Below, one piece after another: positions 1 to 10,607 of a DNA stretch of 64,000 nucleotides. The stretch is from an uncultured Actinomycetota bacterium (GTDB taxonomy: Bacteria > Actinomycetota > Humimicrobiia > Humimicrobiales > Humimicrobiaceae): NCBI GenBank assembly GCA_964616545.1, contig CAZTUA010000041.1, positions 3,577 through 67,576 of the forward strand, in the 5' to 3' direction. The notes under the pieces were generated by a model. The model did not search any database. It saw only the letters and a program-made list of their open reading frames with translations, and was not told the DNA's origin. The first letter of the stretch is position 1; each line of letters starts with the position of its first letter. Made by a program: the position numbers and the translations under genes.

Positions 1-2397
1 GAGATTTATTTTTTCTGCAGGATAAGTTTTTGAATATTTTTTTAGAATATCCAGGACTTCAGGAGCTTTTTTAAACAGCCAGGCAACCATAATATTTGTA
101 TAGCTGTTATCTTTCAGGCCGCCTTCATCAGACCCGGGATATTTTTCATGATACTCATCCGGCCCCATAACTCCGCTTATTTCATAACGCCGGGTTTTAT
201 TATTATACACAGCTTTACTTTCCCAGAATCTACATATCTCAAAGAAAATTTCAGCTCCATATTTTTCTATAAAATCAATATCTTCAGTCATCTGGTAATA
301 CTGCCAGACATTTAAGGCTATCCCCAGAGAAGTATGATACTGAAGGGCGCTATAATCAGTGTCCCATTCGCCTGATACTGGATTTAGATGGATAACCTGG
401 CTCTGTTCGCTGCCATCACTGCCGCTCTGCCACGGGTATAGCGCACCTTTATAACCTCTGTCCGCTGCATTTTTTCTGGCCATATTCAGCCGTCTGTATC
501 TGTAAAGTAAAATAGATTTTGATATTTCCGGGAAATGAATGTTGTAAAAAGGTAAAATAAAAAGCTCATCCCAGAATATGTGCCCCCGGTAAGCTTCCCC
601 GTGAAGTCCTCTCGCCGGAAAACCTCCATCAATATTAATATTATGAGGCGAAGCAGTTATCATTAAATGATACATATTAAAACGTATCAATTTTTGCACT
701 CTGTTGACTCCCTGAACTCCTATATCAATTTCTTCCCAGATGTTATCCCATGCCTCTCCGCTGCTGTATAGAATCCCATCAAAGCTCCTTATTTTTTTTA
801 GTGCACTGATACCTCTGGCTAACGGCGGTTTTTTTGCGTTTCTGTCCCTGGAAGTATAGAAAGTTATTACCTTATCAACCGAAATTGTTTCTGTTTCAGC
901 AACAAATTTGCTAAAAGATGCGAAAACCGAGTCTTTTGATTCGCCATTTGTTATACAGGGTTTTATTTTTTTATTGCCGGTGCTGACAATTAATCTTGCG
1001 GCAAGAGCAATATCAATTCCGGATTGATTTGTTCTTACATGAATATAGCTTATATCTTTTTTACTGCCTTTTTCAACAATATCATAGTGCCTGAATCCCA
1101 GCTGACTGTATCTTTTAACCCCGGAATTAACCGTACTTCCGTCTAATTCAGATTTTACGGTTATTTTACCGGAATAATTCAAAGGTGTAATACTATATTT
1201 TATACCTCCGATATGCGGGTCTGCCATACTTGCCATTCTCATTGATTCTATTAAGGTTTCCCTGTCCATTTCATCTTTTATTATTACCTTTCTCAAAAGA
1301 ACCCCTTTTTTAAGGTTAAGCGTCCTTTTAAAACTGATAATTTCAACTTCATTTAAATCAATCCAGTCGCTCCCCCCGACTTTAAACGTCAGAGGCAGCC
1401 AGTTTGGACAATTTACCATATCTTCATTTTCTATTAATCTTCCCGTTATTTTAGTTTTTAATTTATTGTACACACCTGCTATATAGGTACCCGGGTAGTT
1501 TATATTATTAGCCCTGCTTTCCTCCACCGCTCCTCTCGTTCCAAAGTAGCCGTTACCCACCGTACAGAGAGTTTCCCTTGACGGTTCTTTTTTGGGAGAG
1601 TAATTATTGTAAAAGACAGACCATCTTTCATTCTCACGTTTTTCTCTGAAAAATTTCTCTATCAGCTCAAAATTCAACTCACCAAGATCCTTAACAACTA
1701 TGTCCGCACCGTTTGCTTCCAGGCATTTTCCCTTATTTTGCCGGTCAACTCCTACTACCAGACCAAATCCCCCTCTGGCCCCCGCCCGGACTCCGGAAAC
1801 GGCATCCTCTACAATGATGCATCGTCTGCGGTCTGCTCCAAGCCTATCGCAGGCCGTAAGAAAAATATCAGGCTCCGGTTTTCCCTTAAGATTTAATTTT
1901 TTAGAAACTAACCCATCCACGTATGCTTCAAATAAATCAGGCAATCCGGCCTTTGTAAGAATCTCCCTGCAGCTTTCACTTGAAGAGGCAACTCCTATCT
2001 TAATTCCTTTGCTTTTTAGTTCCCTTATAAAATCAATTGTTGATATAAATACTCCTACTTCTGAACTTTTTAGCAATTTCTTAAATAAAACATTTTTCCT
2101 GTTCCCAAGCCCGCAGATAGTGTTCCTGGCCGGCTTATCTTCGCATTTACCGTATGATAGATTAATGCCCCTTGACTTTAAAAATGATTCCACGCCTTTA
2201 AACCTTGGTTTTCCGTCAACATAATTCAGGTAATCATTCTCTATGTCAAAAGGCTTAAATGACTCTTTCTTTTTATCTGCCATGTCCAGCAGAAATTCAT
2301 CAAACATTTCTTTCCAGGCCCGGCTATGGATCACAGCGGTCTGTGTTATAACTCCATCCAGATCAAGCACAACAGCATCAAAATTAAACTTATCCAC
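1..2397 (-). CDS. Bifunctional beta-phosphoglucomutase (HAD) :: GH65 glycoside phosphorylase (maltose/trehalose/kojibiose-phosphorylase family) fusion. The 3' end runs off the window start. The start is probably GTG at 2397, with TTG at 2415 as an alternative.
   Basis: The reverse-strand translation shows the HAD nucleophile motif LDLDGVITQTA, followed by beta-PGM-like sequence (…KGKPEPDIFLTACDRLG…IVEDAVSGVRAGARGGFGLVVGV). A GH65 N-terminal/catalytic region then continues to position 1 without a stop. The first in-frame ATG (2283) lies after the DxDG motif, so a non-ATG start is required. The RBS GGAGGAAG sits 10 nt upstream of the GTG. The ORF-track entry 1700-2224(+) is the low-complexity antisense of this gene. 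Confidence 0.7.
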   Translation of the reverse strand, partial: MDKFNFDAVVLDLDGVITQTAVIHSRAWKEMFDEFLLDMADKKKESFKPFDIENDYLNYVDGKPRFKGVESFLKSRGINLSYGKCEDKPARNTICGLGNRKNVLFKKLLKSSEVGVFISTIDFIRELKSKGIKIGVASSSESCREILTKAGLPDLFEAYVDGLVSKKLNLKGKPEPDIFLTACDRLGADRRRCIIVEDAVSGVRAGARGGFGLVVGVDRQNKGKCLEANGADIVVKDLGELNFELIEKFFREKRENERWSVFYNNYSPKKEPSRETLCTVGNGYFGTRGAVEESRANNINYPGTYIAGVYNKLKTKITGRLIENEDMVNCPNWLPLTFKVGGSDWIDLNEVEIISFKRTLNLKKGVLLRKVIIKDEMDRETLIESMRMASMADPHIGGIKYSITPLNYSGKITVKSELDGSTVNSGVKRYSQLGFRHYDIVEKGSKKDISYIHVRTNQSGIDIALAARLIVSTGNKKIKPCITNGESKDSVFASFSKFVAETETISVDKVITFYTSRDRNAKKPPLARGISALKKIRSFDGILYSSGEAWDNIWEEIDIGVQGVNRVQKLIRFNMYHLMITASPHNINIDGGFPARGLHGEAYRGHIFWDELFILPFYNIHFPEISKSILLYRYRRLNMARKNAADRGYKGALYPWQSGSDGSEQSQVIHLNPVSGEWDTDYSALQYHTSLGIALNVWQYYQMTEDIDFIEKYGAEIFFEICRFWESKAVYNNKTRRYEISGVMGPDEYHEKYPGSDEGGLKDNSYTNIMVAWLFKKAPEVLDILKKYSKTYPAEKINL

Positions 2398-2516
2398 CAG
2401 GTAATCTTCCTCCAATGATTTTTATGTTGTAAATGTAGCTATAGTTAATGGATGTTTGCAAAATTAATATTTAAAAATCTGCAAATCCTTTAAGCGGACT
2501 ATTATTATTTTTTTAT

Positions 2517-3197
2517 TTATGAAATAGTATCACTTGCTTCTATAATGTCAAAATCTTTTGTAATAATTAGATCAGCTTTTGGTTTCAGTAATTGAACAAC
2601 TTCATGCTCTCTTTCAAGCACTTTTAGCCTGAATTCGTCAAATTTCTCTTTTTTCCTCAATATCTGAGCTTTTTTTGTATCAGTGTAATCAAGATCAATA
2701 AAAATTTTTAAATCAATACCATCATCATAATAAAGGGAATACAGCCCCTCAAGTATGAGCACCTTTATTCCCTTAAAATCGGTTATTAGTTTATCTATCT
2801 GGTCGGTAAGCAGATCCAGAAATGGCAAAACCGATATCCTGCTTTCTTTAAACTCCTTTACATGTTTTTTTATAAGATTCCAGTCATATTCAGTATAGTT
2901 GATACTCTCCAGGCCACTCTTTTTTCTTACTTCATAACGTTCCTTTGGAGGTACGGTATAGTAATTATCCGTATGAAGTAATTTTGCAAGAATATTCTTC
3001 TCTTTTAAAAAACCTGATATTAAATGTGCCACTTCTGATTTCCCGGAACCAGACTCTCCGCTAACTGCTATTGTAAACTTATCTATCCTGTTATCAGTAA
3101 TATTGCCGTAAACTCTCCGGGCAATAGCTTTTGCTGCTTTTATATGCTTATCCTTTATTAATAAAACATCACCATGCATTAAAGAATCACCTTTCAT
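2517..3197 (-). CDS. Uridine kinase / phosphoribulokinase (PRK) family P-loop kinase
   Basis: Walker A motif IAVSGESGSGKS. PRK/UK-like central region VLILEGLYSLYYD…LKIFIDLDYTDTKKAQILRK. 226 aa. Confidence 0.55.
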   Translation of the reverse strand: MKGDSLMHGDVLLIKDKHIKAAKAIARRVYGNITDNRIDKFTIAVSGESGSGKSEVAHLISGFLKEKNILAKLLHTDNYYTVPPKERYEVRKKSGLESINYTEYDWNLIKKHVKEFKESRISVLPFLDLLTDQIDKLITDFKGIKVLILEGLYSLYYDDGIDLKIFIDLDYTDTKKAQILRKKEKFDEFRLKVLEREHEVVQLLKPKADLIITKDFDIIEASDTIS

Positions 3198-3285
3198 GCA
3201 AAATATTTACAATATTTTTTAAGGTATCGTTTAATTTTAAATTTTAAGGCCTTCAGCTTCAAAAAAGTTTTTTCCGGCCAGCCCA

Positions 3286-4146
3286 TTATCCCTTAACAGA
3301 TCCTGCCAGTATACCTCTAACAAAATAACGTTGCAATGAAAAGAACACAACTAGAGGCAGTATCATTGATACAAATGCGGCCGCCGTAAGCAGATGCCAG
3401 TTCTGGCCCATTGAGTTCACCAGGCTGCTCAGACGCAATGTAACAGGTGCCACCTTTTCAGTTCCGCCCAGATATATCAATGCAACAAGAAGGTCGTTCC
3501 AGACCCACAGAAACTGAAAAATTATAAGTGAAGCAAGTACCGGAACAGAAAGCGGTAATGCCAGACGGAAAAATGCAGTATGATAGGACGCCCCATCCAG
3601 GAAAGCGGATTCAAAAATATCCCTGGGAAGAGCACTAAAAAAATTACGCAACAGGAATATACCGAGAGGAAGGCCGTATCCTGCATGTGCCAGCCATATA
3701 CCATGAAATGTACCTGCCAGCCCCATAGTATTATAAATCCTTAAGATAGGAATTAGTGTCATCTGTATGGGAACAACCAGCAGACCCACCACTACCACGA
3801 ATAAAATCTGCCTTCCCGGAAATTCCATGCGGGCAAAAGCGTAGGCTGCAAAAGCGGCAACAACTACAGTAATAATGGTGGAAGGAACAGTTATCAGCAG
3901 GCTATTTATAAAAGCACGCCCCATTCCGCTTGCTGTAATTACCTGGGTATAATTATCCAGTGTAAACTGGCTGAAATCAAAAAACCGCCCAAAAACTGTC
4001 CACCATCCCGAAGATATAACCATATCCCTGGTTCTAAATGAACTTATAAACAGGCCCAGTGACGGTGTAATCCACACAACACTGACAGTAATTATGACAA
4101 AATGCAGTAAAAATCTCGGGAAAAAATTTAGTCTTTTTTTATTCAT
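3286..4146 (-). CDS. Carbohydrate ABC transporter permease (MalG/UgpE-like)
   Basis: Six TM segments. The EAA-like loop reads …FESAFLDGASYHTAFFRLALPL…. It overlaps the stop and start of the upstream permease. Confidence 0.85.
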   Translation of the reverse strand: MNKKRLNFFPRFLLHFVIITVSVVWITPSLGLFISSFRTRDMVISSGWWTVFGRFFDFSQFTLDNYTQVITASGMGRAFINSLLITVPSTIITVVVAAFAAYAFARMEFPGRQILFVVVVGLLVVPIQMTLIPILRIYNTMGLAGTFHGIWLAHAGYGLPLGIFLLRNFFSALPRDIFESAFLDGASYHTAFFRLALPLSVPVLASLIIFQFLWVWNDLLVALIYLGGTEKVAPVTLRLSSLVNSMGQNWHLLTAAAFVSMILPLVVFFSLQRYFVRGILAGSVKG

Positions 4147-5033
4147 TATGATCTTTCCTGACTCCTAAACCGACGGACATTGATTATCATCATAGGAATA
4201 ATTACTAATAATAAAATAACGGCAATAGCACTTGCCCGGCCAAAGTTATGGAACTGAAACATTTCTTTGTACATTCTGTTCGCAATAACCTCTGTATCAA
4301 ATTGGCCATTCGTCATAACATAAACAATATCAAAGACTTTTAATACATTGATTATCATCGTAGTGGTTACGACCGCTATTGTAGGCTTCATCATTGGTAT
4401 AATAATACGCCAGAATACCTGCATTTCATTTGCTCCATCTACACGCGCCGCTTCTAAAAGTTCTTTTGGTATGCCTTTATATGACGCCGACAGAATAACC
4501 ATGCAAAATCCAACCCATATCCATATACCCACAAAAATCAGGGCAAAATTGTTTGTCCCTTTGTTAACCAGCCAGCCAACTGGTTCAAAATTTTTGAAAT
4601 TGCTCAGGATCGCGTTTAAAACTCCAATTTGAGCCACACCTGTGGGTCTGTAAGAATATACAAACTTCCATATTACTCCTGCTCCCACAAAAGATATTGC
4701 CATAGGTAAAAAGATTATGGATTTTACAACTGACTCATAGCGTACACGGTCAAAAATTACGGCAAAAATTAAGCCCAGCGAAACTGTAAATAAAGTGAAG
4801 AATACCAGCCACAGGAGATTATTCCTGAACGCAATTAGCATGGGCTTTCTTGTAAAAGCAAATATATAATTGCTTAAACCCACAAAAATTTCCGATTTTG
4901 CATCCAGGAAGCTGAGATATATTGTATTTATAATAGGATAAACCAGGAAGAACCCGAGTATCAGTAATGCAGGCGCCAGATATGCCCATGGCCACATATC
5001 CACCTTTTTTTTAAAAATCTTTTCTTTATTCAT
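4146..5033 (-). CDS. Carbohydrate ABC transporter permease (MalF/UgpA-like)
   Basis: Multi-TM protein with the EAA motif …EAARVDGANEMQVFWRIIIP…. Confidence 0.85.
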   Translation of the reverse strand: MNKEKIFKKKVDMWPWAYLAPALLILGFFLVYPIINTIYLSFLDAKSEIFVGLSNYIFAFTRKPMLIAFRNNLLWLVFFTLFTVSLGLIFAVIFDRVRYESVVKSIIFLPMAISFVGAGVIWKFVYSYRPTGVAQIGVLNAILSNFKNFEPVGWLVNKGTNNFALIFVGIWIWVGFCMVILSASYKGIPKELLEAARVDGANEMQVFWRIIIPMMKPTIAVVTTTMIINVLKVFDIVYVMTNGQFDTEVIANRMYKEMFQFHNFGRASAIAVILLLVIIPMMIINVRRFRSQERS

Positions 5034-5118
5034 AATTTTTTATTCTCACATTAAATAATCAGTATCAGGGCAATCCCTCACAGGATTGCCCTGATACATA
5101 CAGGTTCATCAGTTATTA

Positions 5119-6411
5119 TTAATAGGAATCCATCGCACTATCTTCAATTTCAGAAAGAACAGTATCAAGGTCTTTTCCGCCCACAAAGTCCAGAGTGCCT
5201 GTCCAGAAAGAACCGGACCCTACAGCTGCTGGCATAAGATCAGACGCATCAAAACGGAAAACTTCAGCACTTACTACCATTTCAGCCATTTTCTTTGTAA
5301 GCTCATCAGGATAAGCATCAAGGCTTACTGCTTTATTAGGCGAAATGAATCCGCCGCCGCTGGCAGCCCATATTTCCTGAGGCTCTGCAGTAGCCAGATA
5401 TTTCATAAATTCCCTGGCTTCCGGTGTGTCATTAAGCATAACTATCAAATCAGCACCGCCCAGAACCGGTACCCCGTATTCTGAATCAATAGAGGGAAAT
5501 GGGAAGAAATCATAATCTGTGCCGACTTCCAGCCCTTCAGGGAAAAATCCTGTTATAAAACTGGCCTGGCGATGCATATAAGCGCCCGGAGGATCTGTAA
5601 ATAACACAGCAGGAGCATCTCCAAAATTGGTTGTAAGCGTCCCTGTAGTTCCTCCATACTGGTAATCTTCATTTAGAACTATCTCGCCGAATACTTCCCA
5701 TGCATTTTTAACTGCTTCATCTGTCCAGGGTATCTCATGGCTAACCCATTTGTCATAAACATCAGGTCCGGCTGTCCTGAGCATTATATCCTCAATCCAG
5801 TCGGTAGCCGGCCATCCGCTCGCAGCATCACTTTCAAAACCAATAGCCCAAGGCGTACCGCCATCCGAAACAATTTTATCAGATAAAGCTATCAGTTCGT
5901 CCCAGTCAGCAGGTACTTCGTACCCTCCTGCTGAAAAAGCTGACGGGCTATACCAGATAAGGCTTTTGTTTGCTACCTTATAAAATATACCATACAGTGT
6001 ATCATCGTAGCTGGCCAGATCCAGCCATGCTTCTGCATAATTACTATTGAGTTCATCCATATCCATGAACTCACTGATATCAACCAGTGCATCATCCCCG
6101 GCCAATTCATACATCTGGCCTGGATTGGGGAGTATTGCAATATCCGGAGGATTTCCTGCCTGTACCCTGGTGGTAAGAACAGCAGCCAGGTCCCTGGTAC
6201 CCTCAAATGCCATACCTATGCCAGTATCTTCGGTAAATGGGAAAACAGCTTCCTGAAAACTTGTCAGCTCATCTCCTCCCCACGTACCGATAACAGTTAC
6301 TACGCTGGGTGCTGCTTCTTCTGGAGCTGCCTCTTCTCCGCAGCCGGTACCTGCAAGCATCATTGAAACCGCAAATACCGCCGCCATAAATCCAATAAAT
6401 ATTTTTTTCAT
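5119..6411 (-). CDS. ABC transporter extracellular solute-binding lipoprotein (sugar-binding, family 1)
   Basis: MKKIFIGFMAAVFAVSMMLAGTGC has a lipobox. An AAGGAGG RBS sits 7 nt upstream of the ATG at 6411. The ORF-track start at 6468 lacks an RBS. Typical SBP_bac_1 length and composition. Confidence 0.8.
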   Translation of the reverse strand: MKKIFIGFMAAVFAVSMMLAGTGCGEEAAPEEAAPSVVTVIGTWGGDELTSFQEAVFPFTEDTGIGMAFEGTRDLAAVLTTRVQAGNPPDIAILPNPGQMYELAGDDALVDISEFMDMDELNSNYAEAWLDLASYDDTLYGIFYKVANKSLIWYSPSAFSAGGYEVPADWDELIALSDKIVSDGGTPWAIGFESDAASGWPATDWIEDIMLRTAGPDVYDKWVSHEIPWTDEAVKNAWEVFGEIVLNEDYQYGGTTGTLTTNFGDAPAVLFTDPPGAYMHRQASFITGFFPEGLEVGTDYDFFPFPSIDSEYGVPVLGGADLIVMLNDTPEAREFMKYLATAEPQEIWAASGGGFISPNKAVSLDAYPDELTKKMAEMVVSAEVFRFDASDLMPAAVGSGSFWTGTLDFVGGKDLDTVLSEIEDSAMDSY

Positions 6412-6504
6412 TTTTTCTAACCTCCTTTTAAAATAACTAACCAGCCAAGAATTCCCTATATACATCACCTCCCGTAAATAGTTTCATTATTTTATATTTA
6501 TATA

Positions 6505-7551
6505 TTATTTACAGCCGCAAGACTTTCTGATAATCATATTTGCGTCAAGAATGATTTTCCTGCTCTTTTTCTCTTCCTCCTCAATAATATTTATAAGAAG
6601 GTTTGCTGCGTTCATTCCTATATCAAACCCCGGTAGATTTATTGTTGTCAGTGAAGGATCGACATATTCAGATAAATTAATATTATCAAATCCAGCCAGC
6701 GCCATATCAGCTGGAATCTGCATGCCCTTTTTCTTTATTGCATCCATAACGCCAAAAGCCACAACATCGGAAGCCACAAAAATAGCTGTAGGAGGATTTT
6801 TTAAAGATAGTAAGTTTTGTGCTACCCTGTAACCGCTCTGCGGTGTAAAATTTCCTATACCAACAATCTCTTCACTAAAATCTATTTTCCCGTCTTTAAG
6901 TGCTTCCCTGTAACCCTGCAGCCTTAATTTACTTGCCGTGTAATTTAGAGGGGCATTGGTAATAATTGCAATTCTCTCATGACCATGGGATATAAGATGA
7001 TTAACTATTTTTTTTGACGCTTCTACATTATCTATATCAGAACAGCTAAAATCTCCATCCTCTGTCTGACCTATTAATACAATCGGGAAATCTTCTTCTC
7101 TCAGCTTTAGAATTTCTTCATCATCTGACCGGGGGCCGGATAAAATTATACCATCTATTCTTTTTTCCCTTGCCAGATGATAATAATTATCTTTGTTACT
7201 CTTATCTTCAATATATTGAAGTAATATCTTGTAATCTTTTTTTGCCGCTACATTATTTATTCCCAGAATAACCTGCGGGATTAACACGTCAGAAAATACA
7301 CTTCCAAGCTCCTGGCATAAAACGAGACCGAGTGTTTTTGAATGTTTCTTTACGAGACTTTTTGCTATTGCATGCGGGTAATAATCGAGCTTCCTGGCTA
7401 TATCCAGAACCTTTTTACGTGTTTTTTCAGATATTTTCATATCCATTCGATTATTCAACACAAAAGATACTGTTGTCCTGGAAACGTTAGCCATCCTGGC
7501 TATGTCTTTCATGCTAGTGTTTTTTTTCATAAGAAAAATGATTACTAACAC
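6505..7551 (-). CDS. LacI-family transcriptional repressor. The true start is probably one of the internal Met codons (7530 or 7512).
   Basis: N-terminal HTH MKDIARMANVSRTTVSFVLNN, followed by a periplasmic-binding-protein-like sugar-binding domain. Located at the head of the ABC/GH65 operon. Confidence 0.85.
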   Translation of the reverse strand: MLVIIFLMKKNTSMKDIARMANVSRTTVSFVLNNRMDMKISEKTRKKVLDIARKLDYYPHAIAKSLVKKHSKTLGLVLCQELGSVFSDVLIPQVILGINNVAAKKDYKILLQYIEDKSNKDNYYHLAREKRIDGIILSGPRSDDEEILKLREEDFPIVLIGQTEDGDFSCSDIDNVEASKKIVNHLISHGHERIAIITNAPLNYTASKLRLQGYREALKDGKIDFSEEIVGIGNFTPQSGYRVAQNLLSLKNPPTAIFVASDVVAFGVMDAIKKKGMQIPADMALAGFDNINLSEYVDPSLTTINLPGFDIGMNAANLLINIIEEEEKKSRKIILDANMIIRKSCGCK

Positions 7552-7862
7552 GTTTTAATAACTAACACGGTTTAATTATATTAAATGTAATACTTTTGTC
7601 AATATTCTTTACCGCATCATTCACTTTACCGGCCTTTTTATCAGACTGACAATTCAATTCTTCAGCTGGTTCTATAAAAAAATCGGACAGATATCCGGAA
7701 TTTTCTTATGGGACCTTTTCTGTTATTATCTGTATTCACTCAGAGTTTAAAAAATTTAATGATTTTTTTCTGCTTTAATCTTAAAATATATTCTGTAGTG
7801 TTTATCTATTTAAATATCTTTACGTTAGTTTTTAAGTGAAAATCAACCTGTAAAAATATTTT

Positions 7863-9083
7863 ATGACAGACTCGATAAGTTTTCCGGATAACTTTATTTT
7901 TGGAACCTCGACATCAGCCTTCCAGATAGAAGGTGCAGGATATACGGAATGGAAAGATTTCATTGGAGCCGACGGAATAAAGCTTGATGCAGCTATCGGC
8001 CATTACCAGAAATATAAAGAAGACCTTGAATATATATTATATCTGGGAAATGCCTACCGCTTCAGCATGGACTGGTCCAGGCTCCAGAGAAGCCCTTACG
8101 GCCCTCTTGATAGTGAAACTGTAAAACACTATATGGAAATATTTAAAACACTGAAAAGTGAGAATAAAAAAATAATGCTTGTACTGAATCACTTTTCAAA
8201 TCCAGTGTGGTTCTTTAATAAAGGAGGCTGGGCTTCCGGAAAAACCTCCGGAATTTATCTTGATTATGTAAAAAAAGTGCTTGATAAATTTTCAGATTAT
8301 ATTGATTATATAAATACATTTAATGAACCGGGAGCCTATGCTATTATGGCATATATCCTAAAAGAATTCCCCCCGAAAAGATTCAACCCGTTCCTGAGAA
8401 AAAAAGCCCTGAATAATATGTCTGAAGCTCATAAAACTGTTTATGATTATGTAAAGAAAAATTATCCCCGTATAGAGGTAGGCATATCCCAGGCTTCCAT
8501 GTTTATACAGACTCTTAATAAACGGTCTATCTGGCAAAAATTTTTAAATTGGTTCCTGGATTACTATATGTTCGAACATGTCCACCAGATGTTTGCCGGT
8601 GACGGGAAAACGGACTATATCGGATTCAGTTATTACGGAAGGATATTAGTTTCAAGACATCTTGTCATGGCTTATGAGGAAAGAGGGAGGAAAATACTGG
8701 ACAGACTCGGCCTTGAATATGACGACATGTGGGAGACTTATCCGGAGGGCATATATCAACTCATAAAAAAGTTTTATAAAAAATACTTAAAACCGATAAT
8801 TATTACAGAAAATGGAACCTGCACAGACAATGATAACCTGAGGATTAAAAATCTATACAATCACTTATATTATATAAAGAAAGCCATTGATGAGGGTATA
8901 GATGTCAGAGGTTACTTTCACTGGTCGACTTTTGATAATTATGAACTTGCTCACGGGCCATCCAGAAGATTCGGACTGGTTTCAGTAGATTACAATTCTC
9001 CTGACCTGAAAAGAGAATTAAAAGAATCTGGCAGATATTATCATAAGATTTCAAATTCCAATAAACTATTAAGGTACCCGTGA
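7863..9083 (+). CDS. Glycoside hydrolase family 1 (beta-glucosidase-like)
   Basis: N-terminal FIFGTSTSAFQIEGA. Acid/base motif TFNEPG. Nucleophile motif IIITENG. 406 aa. Confidence 0.85.
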   Translation: MTDSISFPDNFIFGTSTSAFQIEGAGYTEWKDFIGADGIKLDAAIGHYQKYKEDLEYILYLGNAYRFSMDWSRLQRSPYGPLDSETVKHYMEIFKTLKSENKKIMLVLNHFSNPVWFFNKGGWASGKTSGIYLDYVKKVLDKFSDYIDYINTFNEPGAYAIMAYILKEFPPKRFNPFLRKKALNNMSEAHKTVYDYVKKNYPRIEVGISQASMFIQTLNKRSIWQKFLNWFLDYYMFEHVHQMFAGDGKTDYIGFSYYGRILVSRHLVMAYEERGRKILDRLGLEYDDMWETYPEGIYQLIKKFYKKYLKPIIITENGTCTDNDNLRIKNLYNHLYYIKKAIDEGIDVRGYFHWSTFDNYELAHGPSRRFGLVSVDYNSPDLKRELKESGRYYHKISNSNKLLRYP

Positions 9084-9348
9084 TTAAATGGCGGCCGGTC
9101 AAATAATAACGCCGGCAATAACTTTAGTAGCAGCTGTACAGGATTTTCATGATTGAATTTACATATAATGTGGAACAAAAATAATTCTTAATAACCTGAA
9201 ATTTTAAAAATTTTTATAGCTTTTTATGTGGGCGGCAAGCTTTAGCATATTTATTATTTTTTAAAATTTATAGCTTGTATTTTATCAATTCATACCTTAA
9301 GATTGTATAATAATTTATCTGAGATATTATATTATTTTTTAGGTTGTT

Positions 9349-10560
9349 ATGGATTCATTTCTCTTATATCAATATATCATAACCGGGATTCTGGTACTGT
9401 TTTTACTGAACTTTATTATTAATAACATAGTATTCAAAAGTACTGCCAGTTACACGCTTCCTGCTGATATATCTAAATCACCGCCGCTTGTTTCAGTATT
9501 AATTCCTGCCAGAAATGAAGAGGCTAACATAAAAAGGTGTTTAAAATCGCTTCTCAAGCAGGATTATCCCAATATTGAAGTGCTGGTACTGGATGATAAT
9601 TCCACTGACAATACTTCAACAATTGTAAGGCAAATTGAAAAAAGGGACAGCAGAGTAAAGCTTATTACCGGTAAACCATTAAAGAGAGGCTGGCTCGGGA
9701 AAAGCTATGCATGCTGGCAGTTATCAAAATATGCAAAAGGCAAATATATATTTTTTACGGACGCAGATACATTCCACTTCAAAAATTCTATCTCAAACAT
9801 ACTGGGCTGCCTTATTAAAAATAACCTTGATGCGCTCTCTGCAATTCCGAGACAGATAATGATAACCCTGAATGAGAGACTTGTTGTCATATGGGTTTAC
9901 TTTGGGATTCTTAGCCTTATGCCGCTTTTTCCTGTGAAATATACAAAAAGCCCATTGTTCAGCACCGCCAATGGCCAGTGCATATTATTTAAAAGCGATG
10001 TATACAGGAAAATTGATGGGCACAGGTCAATAAAAAATAAAATTCTTGAGGATATACACATCTCGAAACAGGTAAAAAGACATGGATACAAATTTATGAT
10101 TTTCGACGGAAGCAAAAATATACATTGCAGAATGTACAGAAATCTTGGCGAGATTATACCGGGCTTTTCAAAGTTCATGTTAGCCGCTTTTGATTACAGT
10201 GTACTTACACTGGCTGTTGTTATTTTCATGATTACAGCATTGTTTTTGTTGCCGTTTCTTTTATTACCCATGGGAGTTCTACTATTTAACTGGCCGGATA
10301 CAATAATAAACCTGATTATTATACAGATTTTTATAATCCTTTTTATGAGAATTATTATGGCTATCCGGCTCAAAAACAGGGTCATTGATTGTTTTCTGCA
10401 TCCTCTTTCAATGCTGCTTATAATTATGATCTGCATAAATTCCGTTTTCCAGGCAAGGTCTGCCGGGGGTGTCCGATGGAAGGACAGAGGATACGATGTC
10501 AGCAGAAAAGATTATCTGGATTTAATTGATGAGTATGAAAGCCAGAAGAGCTACCGTTAA
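9349..10560 (+). CDS. Family 2 glycosyltransferase with C-terminal multi-TM domain (CrtQ-like / glycolipid or carotenoid glycosyltransferase family)
   Basis: VSVLIPARNEEANI…VLVLDDNSTDNT, RGWLGKSYACWQ and FFTDADTFHF all parallel S. aureus CrtQ motifs. The C-terminal ~150 aa are hydrophobic. Confidence 0.7.
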   Translation: MDSFLLYQYIITGILVLFLLNFIINNIVFKSTASYTLPADISKSPPLVSVLIPARNEEANIKRCLKSLLKQDYPNIEVLVLDDNSTDNTSTIVRQIEKRDSRVKLITGKPLKRGWLGKSYACWQLSKYAKGKYIFFTDADTFHFKNSISNILGCLIKNNLDALSAIPRQIMITLNERLVVIWVYFGILSLMPLFPVKYTKSPLFSTANGQCILFKSDVYRKIDGHRSIKNKILEDIHISKQVKRHGYKFMIFDGSKNIHCRMYRNLGEIIPGFSKFMLAAFDYSVLTLAVVIFMITALFLLPFLLLPMGVLLFNWPDTIINLIIIQIFIILFMRIIMAIRLKNRVIDCFLHPLSMLLIIMICINSVFQARSAGGVRWKDRGYDVSRKDYLDLIDEYESQKSYR

Positions 10561-10607
10561 ACCTTAAAAATCTCTTATATTCTAAAATTATCTTAAAACA
10601 CCATCAT

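Noticed and set aside
1700-2224. 174-aa plus-strand ORF with a Pro/Ser/Thr-rich low-complexity product
   Set aside because: It lies entirely antisense to the well-supported beta-PGM::GH65 gene, and its composition is typical of a shadow ORF.
9091-9116. GCCGG…CCGGC hairpin after the GH1 gene as a terminator
   Set aside because: The stem is short and is not followed by a T-tract, so it is not convincing as an intrinsic terminator.
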